Assembly (NCBI GenBank): GCA_021613535.1 | Contig: CP075492.1 | Location: 4,464,001-4,528,000, forward strand | Direction of reading: 5' to 3' | Origin: Adineta vaga | Lineage: Eukaryota; Animalia; Rotifera | DNA: 64,000 nt | Shown here: positions 34,748 to 48,250 of the stretch, piece by piece | How the letters are laid out: every line of letters begins with the position of its first letter | How positions within the stretch are numbered: the first letter of the stretch is position 1 | Translations under genes and position numbers: made by a program | Notes under the pieces: model-generated | What the model was told of the DNA's origin: nothing | Seen by the model: the letters and a program-made list of their open reading frames with translations, nothing else | The model's database searches: none

Positions 34748-35471
34748 CTTCCATAGAAATTTTAATTCAATCAATCATTATTTTCTTTTTCTCTTCTGTC
34801 TTTTCAATTGAAAAACAATTTTTCCTTTTTCTTCTTGTTGTCGTATCATGTGAGAAAACTTATTTTATTTTAGTTGTTCATCTTTTGACAAGGAATTTTT
34901 ATCTATGGAAAACTATCTGTAAATGTAAACAAAAATAAGTTCTGATTATAAAATACAAGTGCATTATTCCAACAAGAAAAGTCTTGTTTATCTTTAGATA
35001 TTATCCTAGACGTACGCCCGATGGGTAATCATGATAAGAAGAAGAATCTACTTTGTAATGACATTGACGTTATTTGTTATTGAACTAATGAAATGAAGGG
35101 ATGTTAACATGAATTATTCTCATCTATATCAATATTATTACTATGTAACCATGATCATTCATGTATTCAAGTCATCTGTTGATGAGAGAAAGAAAACGAA
35201 CAATAATTGTGCTTTGACAAGGTCATAAAAATAGATGATTTTCATGTTGTTATTATTACATCATATCGAAATCATTTTCAATGAACTTCCAAATGTTCAT
35301 TTGATTGAATCTAATTATGAGTTTAGTTAATCGTCTGTAGTCAAAGAATAATTATACTAACAAGGATTATCTTTCTGATTCTTAACGTTAATCATGCTGA
35401 TTGTTTATCTTCGTTTTCTAGTCATATCAAATCTATTATTCATACACACATTGATTATATATATATATATA

Positions 35472-37644
35472 TTATAAAACAGTTTCTCGTAAACCTTTAA
35501 GAGATAAGAATGAGTTTATTTGATGATGTGCTAAATATGTTTGAGGAAGAAAGCCAATTGTACCATCATCTTGTTTCTCAACTAATAAGGTCGATTTACC
35601 AATACGTTTTAATAAACGTACTTGATCACCACGTCGTACTGAGAAGATTTTTGTTCCTTGAGTTGTTGATAATAATGAAGAATTATGATATTCATGCCAA
35701 ACAAGAAATGTTCGTTTTGAATGACGAGCATGTTTATCGTTATTGATTGAATAGGATGACGATGATGATGATGAATAAGAAGATGATGATAAAGATGTAC
35801 GAAGTGAATCAAGTTCAATTGCAGCTAAATTAAGTTCACCAAAGATATTTGAATCATTTTCAGGAGCAGGAGCAGGAGGAATAGGTGTTGACAGATGAGA
35901 ATATGACGGTTCAATAGTAGCAAAATGATGATTCGGTTCGGAGAATACTGGTGATGAGGTCTAAAAATTACATATAAAGATGACATATTCAAGAAGGCAA
36001 TTATGTTCATCATAAAACTAATTTGATTTACGTAGACATGTGAAAATGACTGTCTCGTATCTGTTTTATTTCTAGACATAAATTTCTTTTACCATCATAA
36101 TTGGCTTTTGAGCTGGTATTCGCGTCCATAGTGAACCATCACATGATAAATTTCTTCGTCGTTTTTCTGCAAGTGTTCGTTTAGGTTTTTGTTGTAATTG
36201 TGTATTGACTTTTGGTAATGGTTTTATATGTGGATAAGATTGACTAGAGAGAAGATTTTCTTTACTATAATAATCTATATCAGACGATTTTTTTCGTTCT
36301 TGATTAGCAACAATAAGATCGGATGGTGATGATTCTGTTGATGAATTTTGTCGCGATTTTTTATAATTATTAAAGGATGAACGTCGTTCACAATGACAAT
36401 GTGGACATGATGTATGTAATGGTCGTCGAAATGATCGTGTACCGAAACTTTCTTCTGAATAACCTGAATCTCCACCACCACTTGAACGTGATAAAGTTGA
36501 AGACATTTGTTGACCATTTTGTTGACGATTATTTCGACGATGAGTAGTTTTATTCGGATCGGTATAATGAACAAGTGTAGATGATAAACGATCGAAACGA
36601 TTACAATTTAAAGCACCATTCGAAAGTTTTTGACGATGAGATTGAAGACCAATAATTGGAGAATGAAAAGCTATATAATCGATCAATAATCTATGTATAT
36701 GTCAAATAAAAATATAGTAAGAACTTACAATCATTAAATTTTGTTTTATGACATTGTTTATTGTTTCGATGAAGTTCATCAACAGATAGTGTTCTTGAAC
36801 TAATCGTATTAGTACCCCGTTCCTTTAACGAACGCCATGAACTACTCCGACGTACTTTATTTGATCTTATTGATAAAATCTAGAAAGGACAATTAGATCA
36901 TCTCATTTCCTTCTTTAGTCAATAGTAATTGTTAATGAATGTCATTCGTTTACTGAACATTCTTTTCTTTCATTACGATGATTATCATTAATACGTTCAG
37001 AACATTGTTTCTCGTCTGTTTTTTTCGTCATATCGATTAGGCAATTATTCTTTTCTTATCTCATTCAAATGTATGTGGTAACAATTGTAATATATTCACT
37101 AGTAGGAGAAAAAGAAATGGCTCATATATCTTTAAACAATCTCCGATAACATCATTCAAGTTGTCTTAATCACTCGTGAGAAGTTATACATCTAGTTGCC
37201 CTTTGATTCCTGTCATCATATAAAAGCTCACAATATGATTAGTTTTTATCTTATCATTGATTATGAAATCAAATCAAAGAAGAAGAAAAAAAAGGCCGAT
37301 TGAAACAACGAAAGAAATTTCTCGTTTGGATTTATATGTATACATATACTGACCGATTTATCAACTGGTGTCGGAGTTGTACATAACCATTTTGAAAAGG
37401 ATGAACGAGGTTGTTGTCGAACACAGAATATTCCCGAAGAGGATTTGTATTTATTAGATTTGAGATCAAAGTTTGTAATTTCAACATCGGATTCTATACA
37501 AATGAAAACATAAATAATTCTTATTAATCTACATATATAAATAAAGATCTTCGACAAACCCGATGAAATTCTCTCATTAGAATGTGCTAATGTAAGTTTA
37601 GATTTCGCTCGTTCAAATACATTGACAAGTAATTTCATCAACAT
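35472..37644 (-). CDS. Ser-rich adaptor-like protein with C-terminal degenerate SH3 domain and PDZ-binding tail, 5 exons
   Basis: Five exons splice in frame. The last exon (35960-35472, absent from the ORF track) reads ...TPIPPAPAP...TFLVWHEYHNSS..FSVRRGDQVRLLKRIGKSTLLVEKQDDGTIGFLPQTYL...LRETVL*. Confidence 0.72.
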
Positions 37645-39237
37645 ATTTTGTTGTCAATATCAGGACGGTAAAGTAACACAGATTCTTGATGATACTCAAT
37701 GAATAGTAATGTGTTAAGCGTGAAGAAAATAGAGAGTCAAAACAAGCAACAATCGTTTCCGTTCTCTCGACACCAAAACGAGTAGGGAAGTAATGGGAAG
37801 AGAACGAGAGGGAGAGAGAGCGCACGCAAAGAAAAAGATATAATATTTGATGAAAGTTTATCGTCTCATCGATGAGTAGAGAGATATTCCCTTCTCTTAT
37901 TCTTTCGTTCTCTACATACAAAGTAAAATAAATGTTCTGTATCACATTCTATCGTTCAAAATGACAATGAGAGCAAAGGTGTTACATTTAACTTTGATGA
38001 TCAAATTTTGTCTAATGAGAAATCCTTCAAATCAAAAAAATCAATTGATTGATAAGACCTGCCATATTTGATTAGAATAATTATTCAAGGTTATTTGTCA
38101 GAAAAAAGAAAAATGTCGATAGCAATACAGTAACGCAAGAAAAAAAATATCGTCGTCTAGTTTTTAGAAAGAGATAACCATTCCATTGATATATCTTGAA
38201 TGATTCGAACTTTTCTGTTATTATTCGAGTATAAATCTCGATTGTAATATGACAAGAATGTTGTCTTGAATAGTATATCTTCACAGACAATTTGACCGTA
38301 TACGTCATTCATTTGGCTTTTGCTTCGATCATTAATATAGGAAAGATAGGATTATCAGCTGCTGCTATTGCTGTCTGAATAAAACTGTCTGTTGCGATTT
38401 GCTCATATCATCGACCTCGTCTATTATATTGTCGAAAGAGGTTGCATGATGTACTGCTGATGTCCATGGGCGAAAGACAGCTTATGTGCATCATTCATTA
38501 GATATTTTTTGTTCTCTCGTTGTTCCTTGAATGATTACAAAACAATTGTTAGAATGATGATTGTTTATCTCATTGTTGAAGAGCTTTTAGCATTCACATT
38601 GTATAAACAAGTTTGTTGTTCTTAGTCTTTCGCTCACTCGTCAATGTATTTAATCATTCTGTCTAGCTATTGAACTATATGATAAACTAAAGGTTATATC
38701 GACACATTTTTTGTTTCTCGTCTCCTTACCTTTATGACACCAGGCATCATGAAGTTTTTTCCACATTGATCATAAATAATCGTATGTTAAATTGAAGCGC
38801 TATAGATCGTAGTCTCTCGTTGTATGCGTGTGTGTTGATGACACTCAAGGTTGTATAATGCTTATAGATATATGCATATAATAATCCTTCTTGGTTAATT
38901 TTCATTCGATTTTCGCGCCTATCCATTTATTTCTCCCATCAAGCATCATCATGATGATATAGATAGTCGAGGAAAAAATGGAGAACGAGAAAGTACTTCG
39001 TAGATAATCCTATTAAGTTAGTAAGAGAAATAATAAAAAGGAAATAATTGAATGACATTATTTCATCTAAAAAAAACACTAAAAAACCATTTAAATAGTA
39101 GAGTTCAAAAAGCATTTCATCTTTCTTAACTTCACATTTTCATCAACGACAAATACAAAGATTCTTTGAATATATGCGACAATTAAAGTATCCGGTTCAA
39201 TGAAAGATCAAATAAAATTATAGAAAACAATTCTAAT

Positions 39238-39260
39238 GTTGTTGTTGTTGTTGTTGTTGT
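39238..39260. repeat. (GTT)n microsatellite
   Basis: gttgttgttgttgttgttgttgt read directly. Confidence 0.75.
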
Positions 39261-40436
39261 ATAGCAATTATAATTATCTGAATAATTCTTGAAGATATTA
39301 ACTTTGTTGAATTTTTCCTTTTGAGAAAGATCATTAGGCTACGAAAAGTAATCGAATAACGTTTGGCCTTACAAAAAACAGTCGGTCTACTTATGCTCCA
39401 TGGGTCGTACTGATAACAGGAAGTACAGCTGACTGAAAATTTGTCTGCGACATTCTAATACATGCAGAATCATATTGCCATAATGATTATGAACAAATCG
39501 TTTGTTTGTAATCTAAAGTTCAAGTTTATCTTTATGCTCATGTTAACTAATAAAGTATTTACTTCTATTTTAATCGTGCTAATGAATGATTAGAATTATT
39601 CATCTAATTATCCAAGATATTTTTACACAAGATCGAACAATTCTTTTCTTTGTTAAGCTTTATTGACATGAAATATTGGATTACTAATATAAACCAACAT
39701 TTTTTTCTATTCTTTACAACATTATAAATAGGACTTTTGTTTTTTTCCATTCACATTTATGAATAGATGATTCAAGTAGTCGATTTGTCAATAAGATTGT
39801 TGACGTCTATATACGAAGAATTTTTCGAGATTTTCAAGTTACAAGTGACTACTTTACTAATTATTTATTTGTACGAAAAGTATTTCTCGATAAAGTTTCT
39901 CTTATTCAAAACAAGTTAAAATGTAATCAGCAACAATCGTTCTTTTAAAGAGTTTTCTTCCGTCATGCGATAGTTCTTCATTAGAGTTCATTTTTCTCTC
40001 ACACATTCTTTTGTCTATATTGCCAAGAAAACAAGAATGAATCGACGCGAAGAAAAAAAGTTCATACTCGTTTTCTCATCATTGCGAATAAAACACGCAT
40101 AGAGAAATACACATTTTCTACCAAAATTAGCTTCGTATAAAACATAATTTATCTTTTTTTTTTCTATTGAAAATGTCAAATAATTCGCGTTTATTTTCTC
40201 CTTAGTTCATATCTATGGTTTCTTAATATTTGATATTTCAATAGATTTTCTTCGAATACCTTGAAAGTATCATGCAACGTTTTTCCATTAGTTTAGTCAT
40301 AATATCTAATAGATTTTTTCTTTTTTACTCAACTTTATAGTCAGACAATGTTTTTCTTTTTCTTCTTAATATTTCATTTAGATAGAAAAAAAAAACTTGT
40401 TTATACTCTATAACAAATCTGCGAATACATTTCATC

Positions 40437-42066
40437 ATGGAAAATGATAGCGATTGGTCTGGTATGTTTCAAAATGAATATCATAAATGCACAGTAACAA
40501 ACGAAATATTCATTCGATATTTGGGTACATTCATTTTCTTTATTGGTTTGATCTCTACGTTCTTAAGTATTGGTGTGTTTACACGAAAACCACTTCGTAA
40601 GTGCGATTGTTTTTCTTTTAAATAACCAAAGTTCTTCTTCTTTTCCTCTAGGTCATAAATCTTGTTGTTTTTATTTTTTAATCTTAGCTATTAGTGATTC
40701 CATACATTTAACAACGATGACAATTGAACATTTACCTTATAGTTTTCAAATTGATTTCATGATTATTCATTCGATTATTTGTAAATTAATTATTTTTTTG
40801 ATCTATTTTTCCAATCATTTATCCAATGTTATTCTAACTTTAGCATCAACGTAAGCACATTTTTTTCACACATCAATAATTTAACAGCACACTCTTTATT
40901 TCGAAAAGAAATCTAAATCAAATGAGAGTTTCATGTGTGTGAAAGAAAGCGGTTGTTTTTAATCTTAACAAAAGAATCATGTTAATGAAAAGTCGCAGAA
41001 TCTTGAATGTCATAGATATTAGATGAGTTCTAATTAATTCTATGAAGTTTGATTGTATGCTACAATCTATCAATTAACGTTTCTTTCAAGTCCTTTCTTC
41101 CGTGACAGCCTTCATGATAGTGAATTAGATTAATGTACAGAAATTTTCAAACATCTGTAAAAAGAACTTCGAAAATGTAATTTCTATGTTTGATTTTCTT
41201 TAGTGATCGATTTCTTTTAATCTATTGTCCATCACGTTCACGAACATTTTGTAATATTCAAAAAGCTAAATGGTTTACATTAATCGTTATTTTAATTGTC
41301 TTCTGTTCGAATGCACATTTTTTATATGGATATGACAAGATTCTTATCTATAAAAAAGACTTCTATGAACTCTATGATTGTAATATTCGAGAAGATAAAA
41401 TCTTCTATACAAAATTTTATTCCTTCTATGATTCATATATTGAAAGTATATGTTTTGTTTTAATTCCATTTATTCTCATGAGTTTATGTTCAATATTAAT
41501 TATTTATCAAATTATTATTTCACGTCGAACTGTTCGTTTAAATTCTCGAAGTAAATTGATACAGAGAGAGAGAGAGAAGCAGAAAAAAAACAGGGTCAAA
41601 TTTCTTTGTTTGTTTTTTTTTAGTTAAACAATTTCGTTTACGTGATAAAGATGTTCAATTATCTTGTATGTTAATTGGTACATCATTTGCCTTTTTACTT
41701 CTTTGTTTACCAGCTGAAATCAATGATATATTCAATTATATTACATATGAACGTTCTTGTTTTCATTGGTTTCGAAAAACGATTTTAATGTTAATGCAAC
41801 AAATTTATTATGCAGGACACTTTTATATCTATACATTAACAGGTCAAATCTTTCGAAAACATTTATATGGATTTCTATTTCCACGTCGTCGTTCAAGTAT
41901 TGTAAACAAACAAGGCTTACCATCGGGTCTTGGCGAACATCGAGCAAGTATGAATATTGAAACGAATCGATTACGAACGAGTGAAATTGAAATGAATCCA
42001 AGAATACCTATTGAAGATTCATCATCAAGATCTCGATCTGATTGTCGATTACTTGTTAATATTTAA
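40437..42066 (+). CDS. Rhodopsin-like peptide GPCR, 4 exons
   Basis: Spliced exons give TM1 (FFIGLISTFLSIGVF), SCCFYFLILAISD, ICKL, TDRF, LIPFILM, DVQLSCML, LLCLP and FYIYTLTGQIFR. Confidence 0.85.
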
Positions 42067-42574
42067 ATCATTTTCTTTTTTTTATTGTCGTTGTATAGAC
42101 GTATTCTCTGATAAAGAGTTCTTAGAAGAATTTCATTAAAGATCGATGTGAACATATGAAACTTAGAATAAATGATAGTTTTAGATATTAATGAATATGA
42201 CTACTGTCATGCTTGATACAAAAAAGATAGATTAGCATGTAAGTAAATGAACGCCTACATAAGAGGTGTAGACTACCTCCTGAATGCATCATAGAATATT
42301 AAAAACAGAGAAAGGAATATTTTTCATTAAAAATTTATCTACGAGATATTATTGATCGGTGTAATAGAACGATCGTATGCAGAACAATGATATTACCATT
42401 TTAATTATTATGAGATTACATTGTAATCATGATCAGAGCAAAAATATGTGGCCTGCTTTGTTCGTAATGACGAAGCTTGTAATACTTGACACCTGTTTTA
42501 ATCTTAAGTTTTGCGTCTGTCATTTTCCTCTGAATATATAGAAGTCAAAAACTATTCTATTTGTTACAATAATC

Positions 42575-43054
42575 ATGGCGTACTTATCTTTATTCGTAAT
42601 TGCTCTTCTCGCTTCATTTACACATGCACGAACACTAGGCGATAGTTCTTGTGGTTCTCATCTTGATAAACTTGATACATGCTCTGCGACAATAAGTTTT
42701 TCTGGTGAATGTTATTCGAGTAAAATCGATCTTAAAGATACAGAATATGCTAAATGCACAACAAACGCATTCTTTTGGTCGTATCCTGTCAATAATATGA
42801 CATTAGTGATTGAAACTAAATTCACTCAACAACGTCAACCTTATTCAATCAATCTTGATAATACACAATTAAAAGGTGCTATTTTACATGTTTATCGTGT
42901 TTTTAATAATCAAGAAACAGAAATTACCACACAAGATAAAGTTTTAGTTCAACGATCGGATTCAAACTATCAAGTTATCTTAAAATTTCAAGCTCCAACA
43001 CAATTAAGTCGTTATGGTGTCCAGATTGATTATAAATCTACTTCATTATTTTAA
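42575..43054 (+). CDS. Small secreted protein, possibly a divergent CUB-like beta-sandwich
   Basis: 159-aa intronless ORF with a clear signal peptide (MAYLSLFVIALLASFTHA) and four N-terminal Cys; C-terminus SDSNYQVILKF..YGVQIDY. Confidence 0.75.
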   Translation: MAYLSLFVIALLASFTHARTLGDSSCGSHLDKLDTCSATISFSGECYSSKIDLKDTEYAKCTTNAFFWSYPVNNMTLVIETKFTQQRQPYSINLDNTQLKGAILHVYRVFNNQETEITTQDKVLVQRSDSNYQVILKFQAPTQLSRYGVQIDYKSTSLF

Positions 43055-43082
43055 AAGTCAATAAAATAAATCGACATTTTCC

Positions 43083-44794
43083 TTATTGATATAACTTTAA
43101 TGCATTTTCTAAAACCATTGCCATACCAATTGCTTTTTCATCCTCTAATCTTCTACACATGACTTGTAATCCTACCACACAATTTTCAAATACACTCGGA
43201 TCAGTATACGTTTCTTTGACTAATTGATCATATTCATTTAAGACTTTCGTTTGACGATAATCATCAGTTATCTGATCTAATTTTGGATCAACTCGAGTAA
43301 CAGGAAGAATTACTGAACTTAATTGTAATAAGTTAGCAATACCAGTATAACCAACAGTAAGTTTAAAATCGTGTGGATAGGCAGGTAAAGCATATATTGG
43401 TGAAAGAATTCCATCAATAGGTCGACCGGTCGACGTTTTTTCTTTAGTTTGATTCCATTTTTCGAGATATTTTATTGCATAATCTCTTCGAGCTACATTC
43501 TCTTGCCATGTTTCATAAACACTCATTTCCGTTTCAGCCGATCCAATAAACGCACCAGACATAAGTGGTTCTCCACTTAATTCAAGTGCTTTTCGAATAT
43601 CTTCGCCACCATCGGATGAAAACATTTTAACTAGAAAGTTATTTCCCTATAAAAAGATTTGTATTGAAAGATACCTAAAATGTTGAGAAAACTTACTTGT
43701 GGATGATCTGTTGTATCCCATTCGATAATTTCATGACCAGCTTGTTCAAGTGCTTTAATTGCCATATTCATCGCACGTTTGACTGGTGGTGATAGTTGAA
43801 CGATTTGATCAAATAGAATCACACCAAAGGATAATTTTTCTTTTCGTCCTTCTTGAAAGAGATCTTCTCTCCAAGGTATATTATGAACTTGAGGATCGAT
43901 TAACCAAGGTTTTGTTTCGAGTATAGATTTAAACAAGAAATAAATATTTGATAAAGAACGTGTCATTGGTCCAATGACACTTGTAACAGATTCTAAACCA
44001 TCTAAGGAATTTTTCACATAACCATATGGAATTCGTCCAGAGGATGGTCTCATTCCATAAATTCCATTAACAGCAGAAGGAAAACGAATACTTCCACCAA
44101 TATCAGTACCTAGTCCACAAATACTTCCTTTCATAGCCACTAAACTTCCTTCACCACCCGAGCTTCCTCCACAACTTAATTCACGATTTAATGGATTTAT
44201 AGTTCGACCTAAAAGATTACTTTTTGTTTCACCAAACATAATGGTCTGTGGTAAAGCTGTTTTAACATATAAAATTCCTCCAAGAGAAAGAAGAATATCA
44301 ACAAGAATGGAATTTCTCTCTTCAATATGTCCTAAATATCCGACATAGCCCATTGCTGTTTCAATTCCTTTGATATTAAATTGATCTTTCAAACTTATTG
44401 GAATGCCATGTAATGGTCCAATCGTTTTTCCACCAGACGATCGATAATAATTATCAAGATAATCAGCACGTTCAAATGCTTGAAGAAAAAAGATTTCAGC
44501 TAAACAATTTACTAATTGATGAGCAATGGCTGCTCGTTTACAATAAGCTTCTGTGACTTGTCTTGCAGAATATTTTCCTTGAGCAATAAGAGCTGCTAAT
44601 TCTTCGATTTGATCAATGTCAGTTATTTCAAGGTCCAATGATGAGAGAATATTACATTGAGATGGAATTATTGTTAAATTCTTTGGAAGATTTTCTAAAA
44701 TTGATTCAGAGAGTTTCCATTCCGATGGAATTAGGTTATTTAAAGCTAGTTGTTTTTCACGCGCTTTCTCTTGCCAACTATCAGATGAAGCCAT
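43083..44794 (-). CDS. Amidase-signature family enzyme, fungal acetamidase (AmdS)-like, 2 exons
   Basis: GPLHGIPISLKD (catalytic Lys), GGSSGGEG, GTDIGGSIRFP (catalytic Ser pair), AYCKRAAIAHQLVNCL and VGLQVMCRRLEDEK. A 50-nt intron (43647-43696) joins the two ORFs in frame, giving about 553 aa. Confidence 0.92.
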
Positions 44795-45164
44795 GATAAA
44801 TATTTTACTTATCTAATTCGTCAAAGCAAAACATTGTGTGTCACATTTTCCAAGTAAAAAGACAAACAGATTTTTATCTCAACCTATTGTTGACTACTGC
44901 TGAAATTTGATAACATGTGTCCTTGATAAATTGAATGATGAATCATGAGTAGTAAATAATGATATTTCATGTCTAGATTTGGTTTTTATTTAACGAAACT
45001 GAAAGCATCATCGCAGACGAAGGGTCAAGTGCAAAATACTCAATTAAATAAGAAAAAAAAGGAAGAGAGCAACGCTTAATTCGAAAGAAATCTCCTCTGT
45101 TCAATCAGTTTTGAACGTGTGGGTTTTGTTTTTCAATGAAAATAATCAAGTTTTGATTGAACGC

Positions 45165-46942
45165 TTATTGAGATCTACATGTTTGAACACCCGGATGTCC
45201 ACCTTCCTCATCTGAATCACCTCCATCGTAAGCTTCACGTCGATGGCCATGTCTTTGATCATGTGCTGATTTTGTTGTATGGAAATCAATCATAGATGCT
45301 TCTTCTACGTGTTCACCTTTAGGTATTTCAACATGTGGGCGTTTTGGTAAAAGTGTTTCCAATTGCTAAAACAAAGAAGAAAATTCAGTTGTAATTCGTG
45401 ACAAATAAGACTTTTTAAATTACTTTTAATTCTTCATCTGTAAGCGTTTTTTCTGTTGGAAATTCCACATCAAATTGGATGATTAGGTCTCCTGCATCAT
45501 GTGTTCTCATATTAATCATTCCTTGTCCTTTAACACAACGATATGTTTCTAAAAGGAAAAAGGATAATAATAAGGATAAAAATTTGTTTAGAAAGATTAA
45601 AACAAAGATTTTCTACCTGGTGCAACTGGATCATTAGGTGGATGTTTAAGAACAATCTTTCTACCGTCCAAATGCGTTACAACTAGTTGAAATCCACATA
45701 ATGATTCAACTAAATTAATTTTATGTTTCATTATCAAATTATCTCCACTGCGTTCGAAAACAGCATGAGGTTCTTGTTGTAAAACAATAATCACATCTCC
45801 AGGTTCCATATTTGGTGCTTGATCACTTTCACCTGGAAAACGAAGTTGTTGTTCATGTTTACTACCTAAATAAAACTTCATTTCTTTGAAATCAAACTTC
45901 GATAAAAGAAAACTACCTGGTGAAATGACAACTTCGAGTTTCTTCTTTTGTTCGACTGTTTTTCGTCCATTACATGTTTTACAACGATCACGTTCGTTAA
46001 TAGTTTCTCCTTCTCCATTACATTCTTTGCAAACTTGTTGCATTCGTTGAATCATACCAGGACCAAGTTGTCGTGTAACAAATTGAATACCTTGACCGCG
46101 ACATGGCGCACATGGTTGTTTTGCACCTTCACGGCCACCATTACTAATTTGAAAAAGTTTTCCAAACGAAACAATTATCTAAATCAACTTACCCATTACA
46201 TGTTTGACAAATAACTTTACGAGATATTTCAAGTGAACGTGTATCACCTTTGTATAATTGTTCAAGTGTTACTCTAATAAATATATTCCAATAAACGAAG
46301 AATGAGAATCAAAATGAGTGTTTACTTCAGTGGATGAGCAACATCATCACCTTTACGTCGACGATTTCGACCTCCACCGCCACCACCCATTTGACCGCCG
46401 AAAAGGCCACCAAATCCACCAAAACCTCCAAAAGGATCACCACCACCACCACCACCTCCTCCAAAAAATTGACCAAGAATATCAGCCATACTACCTAAAA
46501 CAATGTAAAAAGTAGAACTCAATTTGCTATTCAATAGTATTCGATATATTCCATGATACTAACCTCCACCACCGCCGCCACCACCACCTTCTTTAAGACC
46601 TTCTAAACCATACATACTAGAAAGGAGAAAAAGATCACATGGATAGATTTTTTTATTAACAAAAACGCGAACAAAATATATTCTTACTCATAAACTTGTC
46701 TTTTATTTTCGTCGGTTAAAACTTGATAAGCAAATGAAATTTCTTTGAATTTCTCAGCAGACTCTGGATTTTTATCTGGATGATGAGTTTTAGCAAGTTT
46801 ATGATATGCCTAAATGAATATCAAAACAAATTACTTCTTAAATAATCATAAAATTTTTGTAAACAAACTGTACTTTTTTAATTTCTTGATCACTTGCACC
46901 ACGTGAAACTCCAAGTAAATCGTATAATTTATTATCAGGCAT
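45165..46942 (-). CDS. DNAJA: DnaJ/Hsp40 subfamily A co-chaperone (DNAJA1/2-like)
   Basis: J domain with HPDKNP, a Gly/Phe-rich region, four CxxCxGxG-type zinc motifs, the C-terminal domain and a CaaX tail (CRSQ). Confidence 0.93.
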
Positions 46943-47331
46943 GATGGTTTCTTTAAGTTCTTATAAAAGATCTACAAGTGTATTCGATTAATTATCAACA
47001 ATAGAACTAGAGATGAGATGACGCATAGAAAACAATCGACAACATGAAATGAAATGAAGTACATGACGTAAATTTAGGAAGAAGAGAAGACATCTGGAAT
47101 ATAAAGGTAAAAGATGGATTGGAGAAAAAAAATGAATTGAATCGAAAGGAATAAATATGTGTATTTTAACAATAGTTATTAATTGGTTTGAAAAACGTTG
47201 GATATATGTGTCGCTAGTATTGAAGACGTAAGTGAAAGAAAAATGGATGTAGTTAACCAATAGAAATTTGTCTATTCGTTTTATTTTTATTCATGAGAAT
47301 TCTAAGAAGAAAAAAAAACGTTTATAAAATA

Positions 47332-47775
47332 TCATCGTTCGTATTCATCAAGTCCTTCATATTTAAGTAAATTAGCTGGACGAGTCGATGGTTTTGATAG
47401 TATATCATCATGATCACATACATGAAATTCCCAATTACGTATCGGACCATGAACATGATCGAATGGATAATGAAGTTCGAGAATTTTACCATTCTGTTTT
47501 TTCACTTTGATCGAAGTTATGATTTTGACCCATTTACAATAAGAATCCGGTAAATCTGGTTGAAATAAACGACGAGAAAAGAATTGTTCGCCATTTTCTA
47601 AAATAATCACATGAACATCTTCATTGAATTTATCTTCATTCGGTCGACCATCATAATGAACAGTACATTCAATAGGATTTTGTGTACGATTGATCACAAA
47701 ACAAGAATAAACATGAGGTGGTGCTCGTGGCATTTTGAATGAAGATTGAGAAATATGCTCAGAATCAATCGACAT
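47332..47775 (-). CDS. Small intronless protein of unknown function
   Basis: Open frame MSIDSEHISQSSFKMPRAPPHVYSCFVINRTQNPIECTVHY...YPFDHVHGPIRNWEF with coding-like composition; the start may be the second Met at 47733. Confidence 0.65.
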   Translation of the reverse strand: MSIDSEHISQSSFKMPRAPPHVYSCFVINRTQNPIECTVHYDGRPNEDKFNEDVHVIILENGEQFFSRRLFQPDLPDSYCKWVKIITSIKVKKQNGKILELHYPFDHVHGPIRNWEFHVCDHDDILSKPSTRPANLLKYEGLDEYER

Positions 47776-48250
47776 ATCTTTTGTATAAACTGATAAATTA
47801 AAGACGTTAACAATCGAAATGAATGATATAATATTATGACCCAATTTTGCTATGAATCGTATATCGACACGTCATTCTATCGATTGAGATAAGATTAGAT
47901 CTAAAACGAATGAAAAAAGACTATGACAATGCGAATCTATTGAATAGAAAAAAAAGTGCTAAGTGATTACAAATATATGCTTGATAATCCTAACAGATGG
48001 TATATTGAATTATTTATCAATCATCATCGTTGATAACCATTAGAAATGAATAGGAGTGATATGTTTATAAAACTATATTCAACTATTATAATCGTTAGTA
48101 TATCATGTTAATGAAAGCAATAGATTCCTTCTTACAAGTAGAGAAATCAATCTTTCATCAAAATACTATTCTTGAAACTGTGTCTTTTTACTTTCAATTT
48201 TTCAGATATTCTCCTGAGAAAGAAACACTTGTTTAAAAAACAAGATTATT

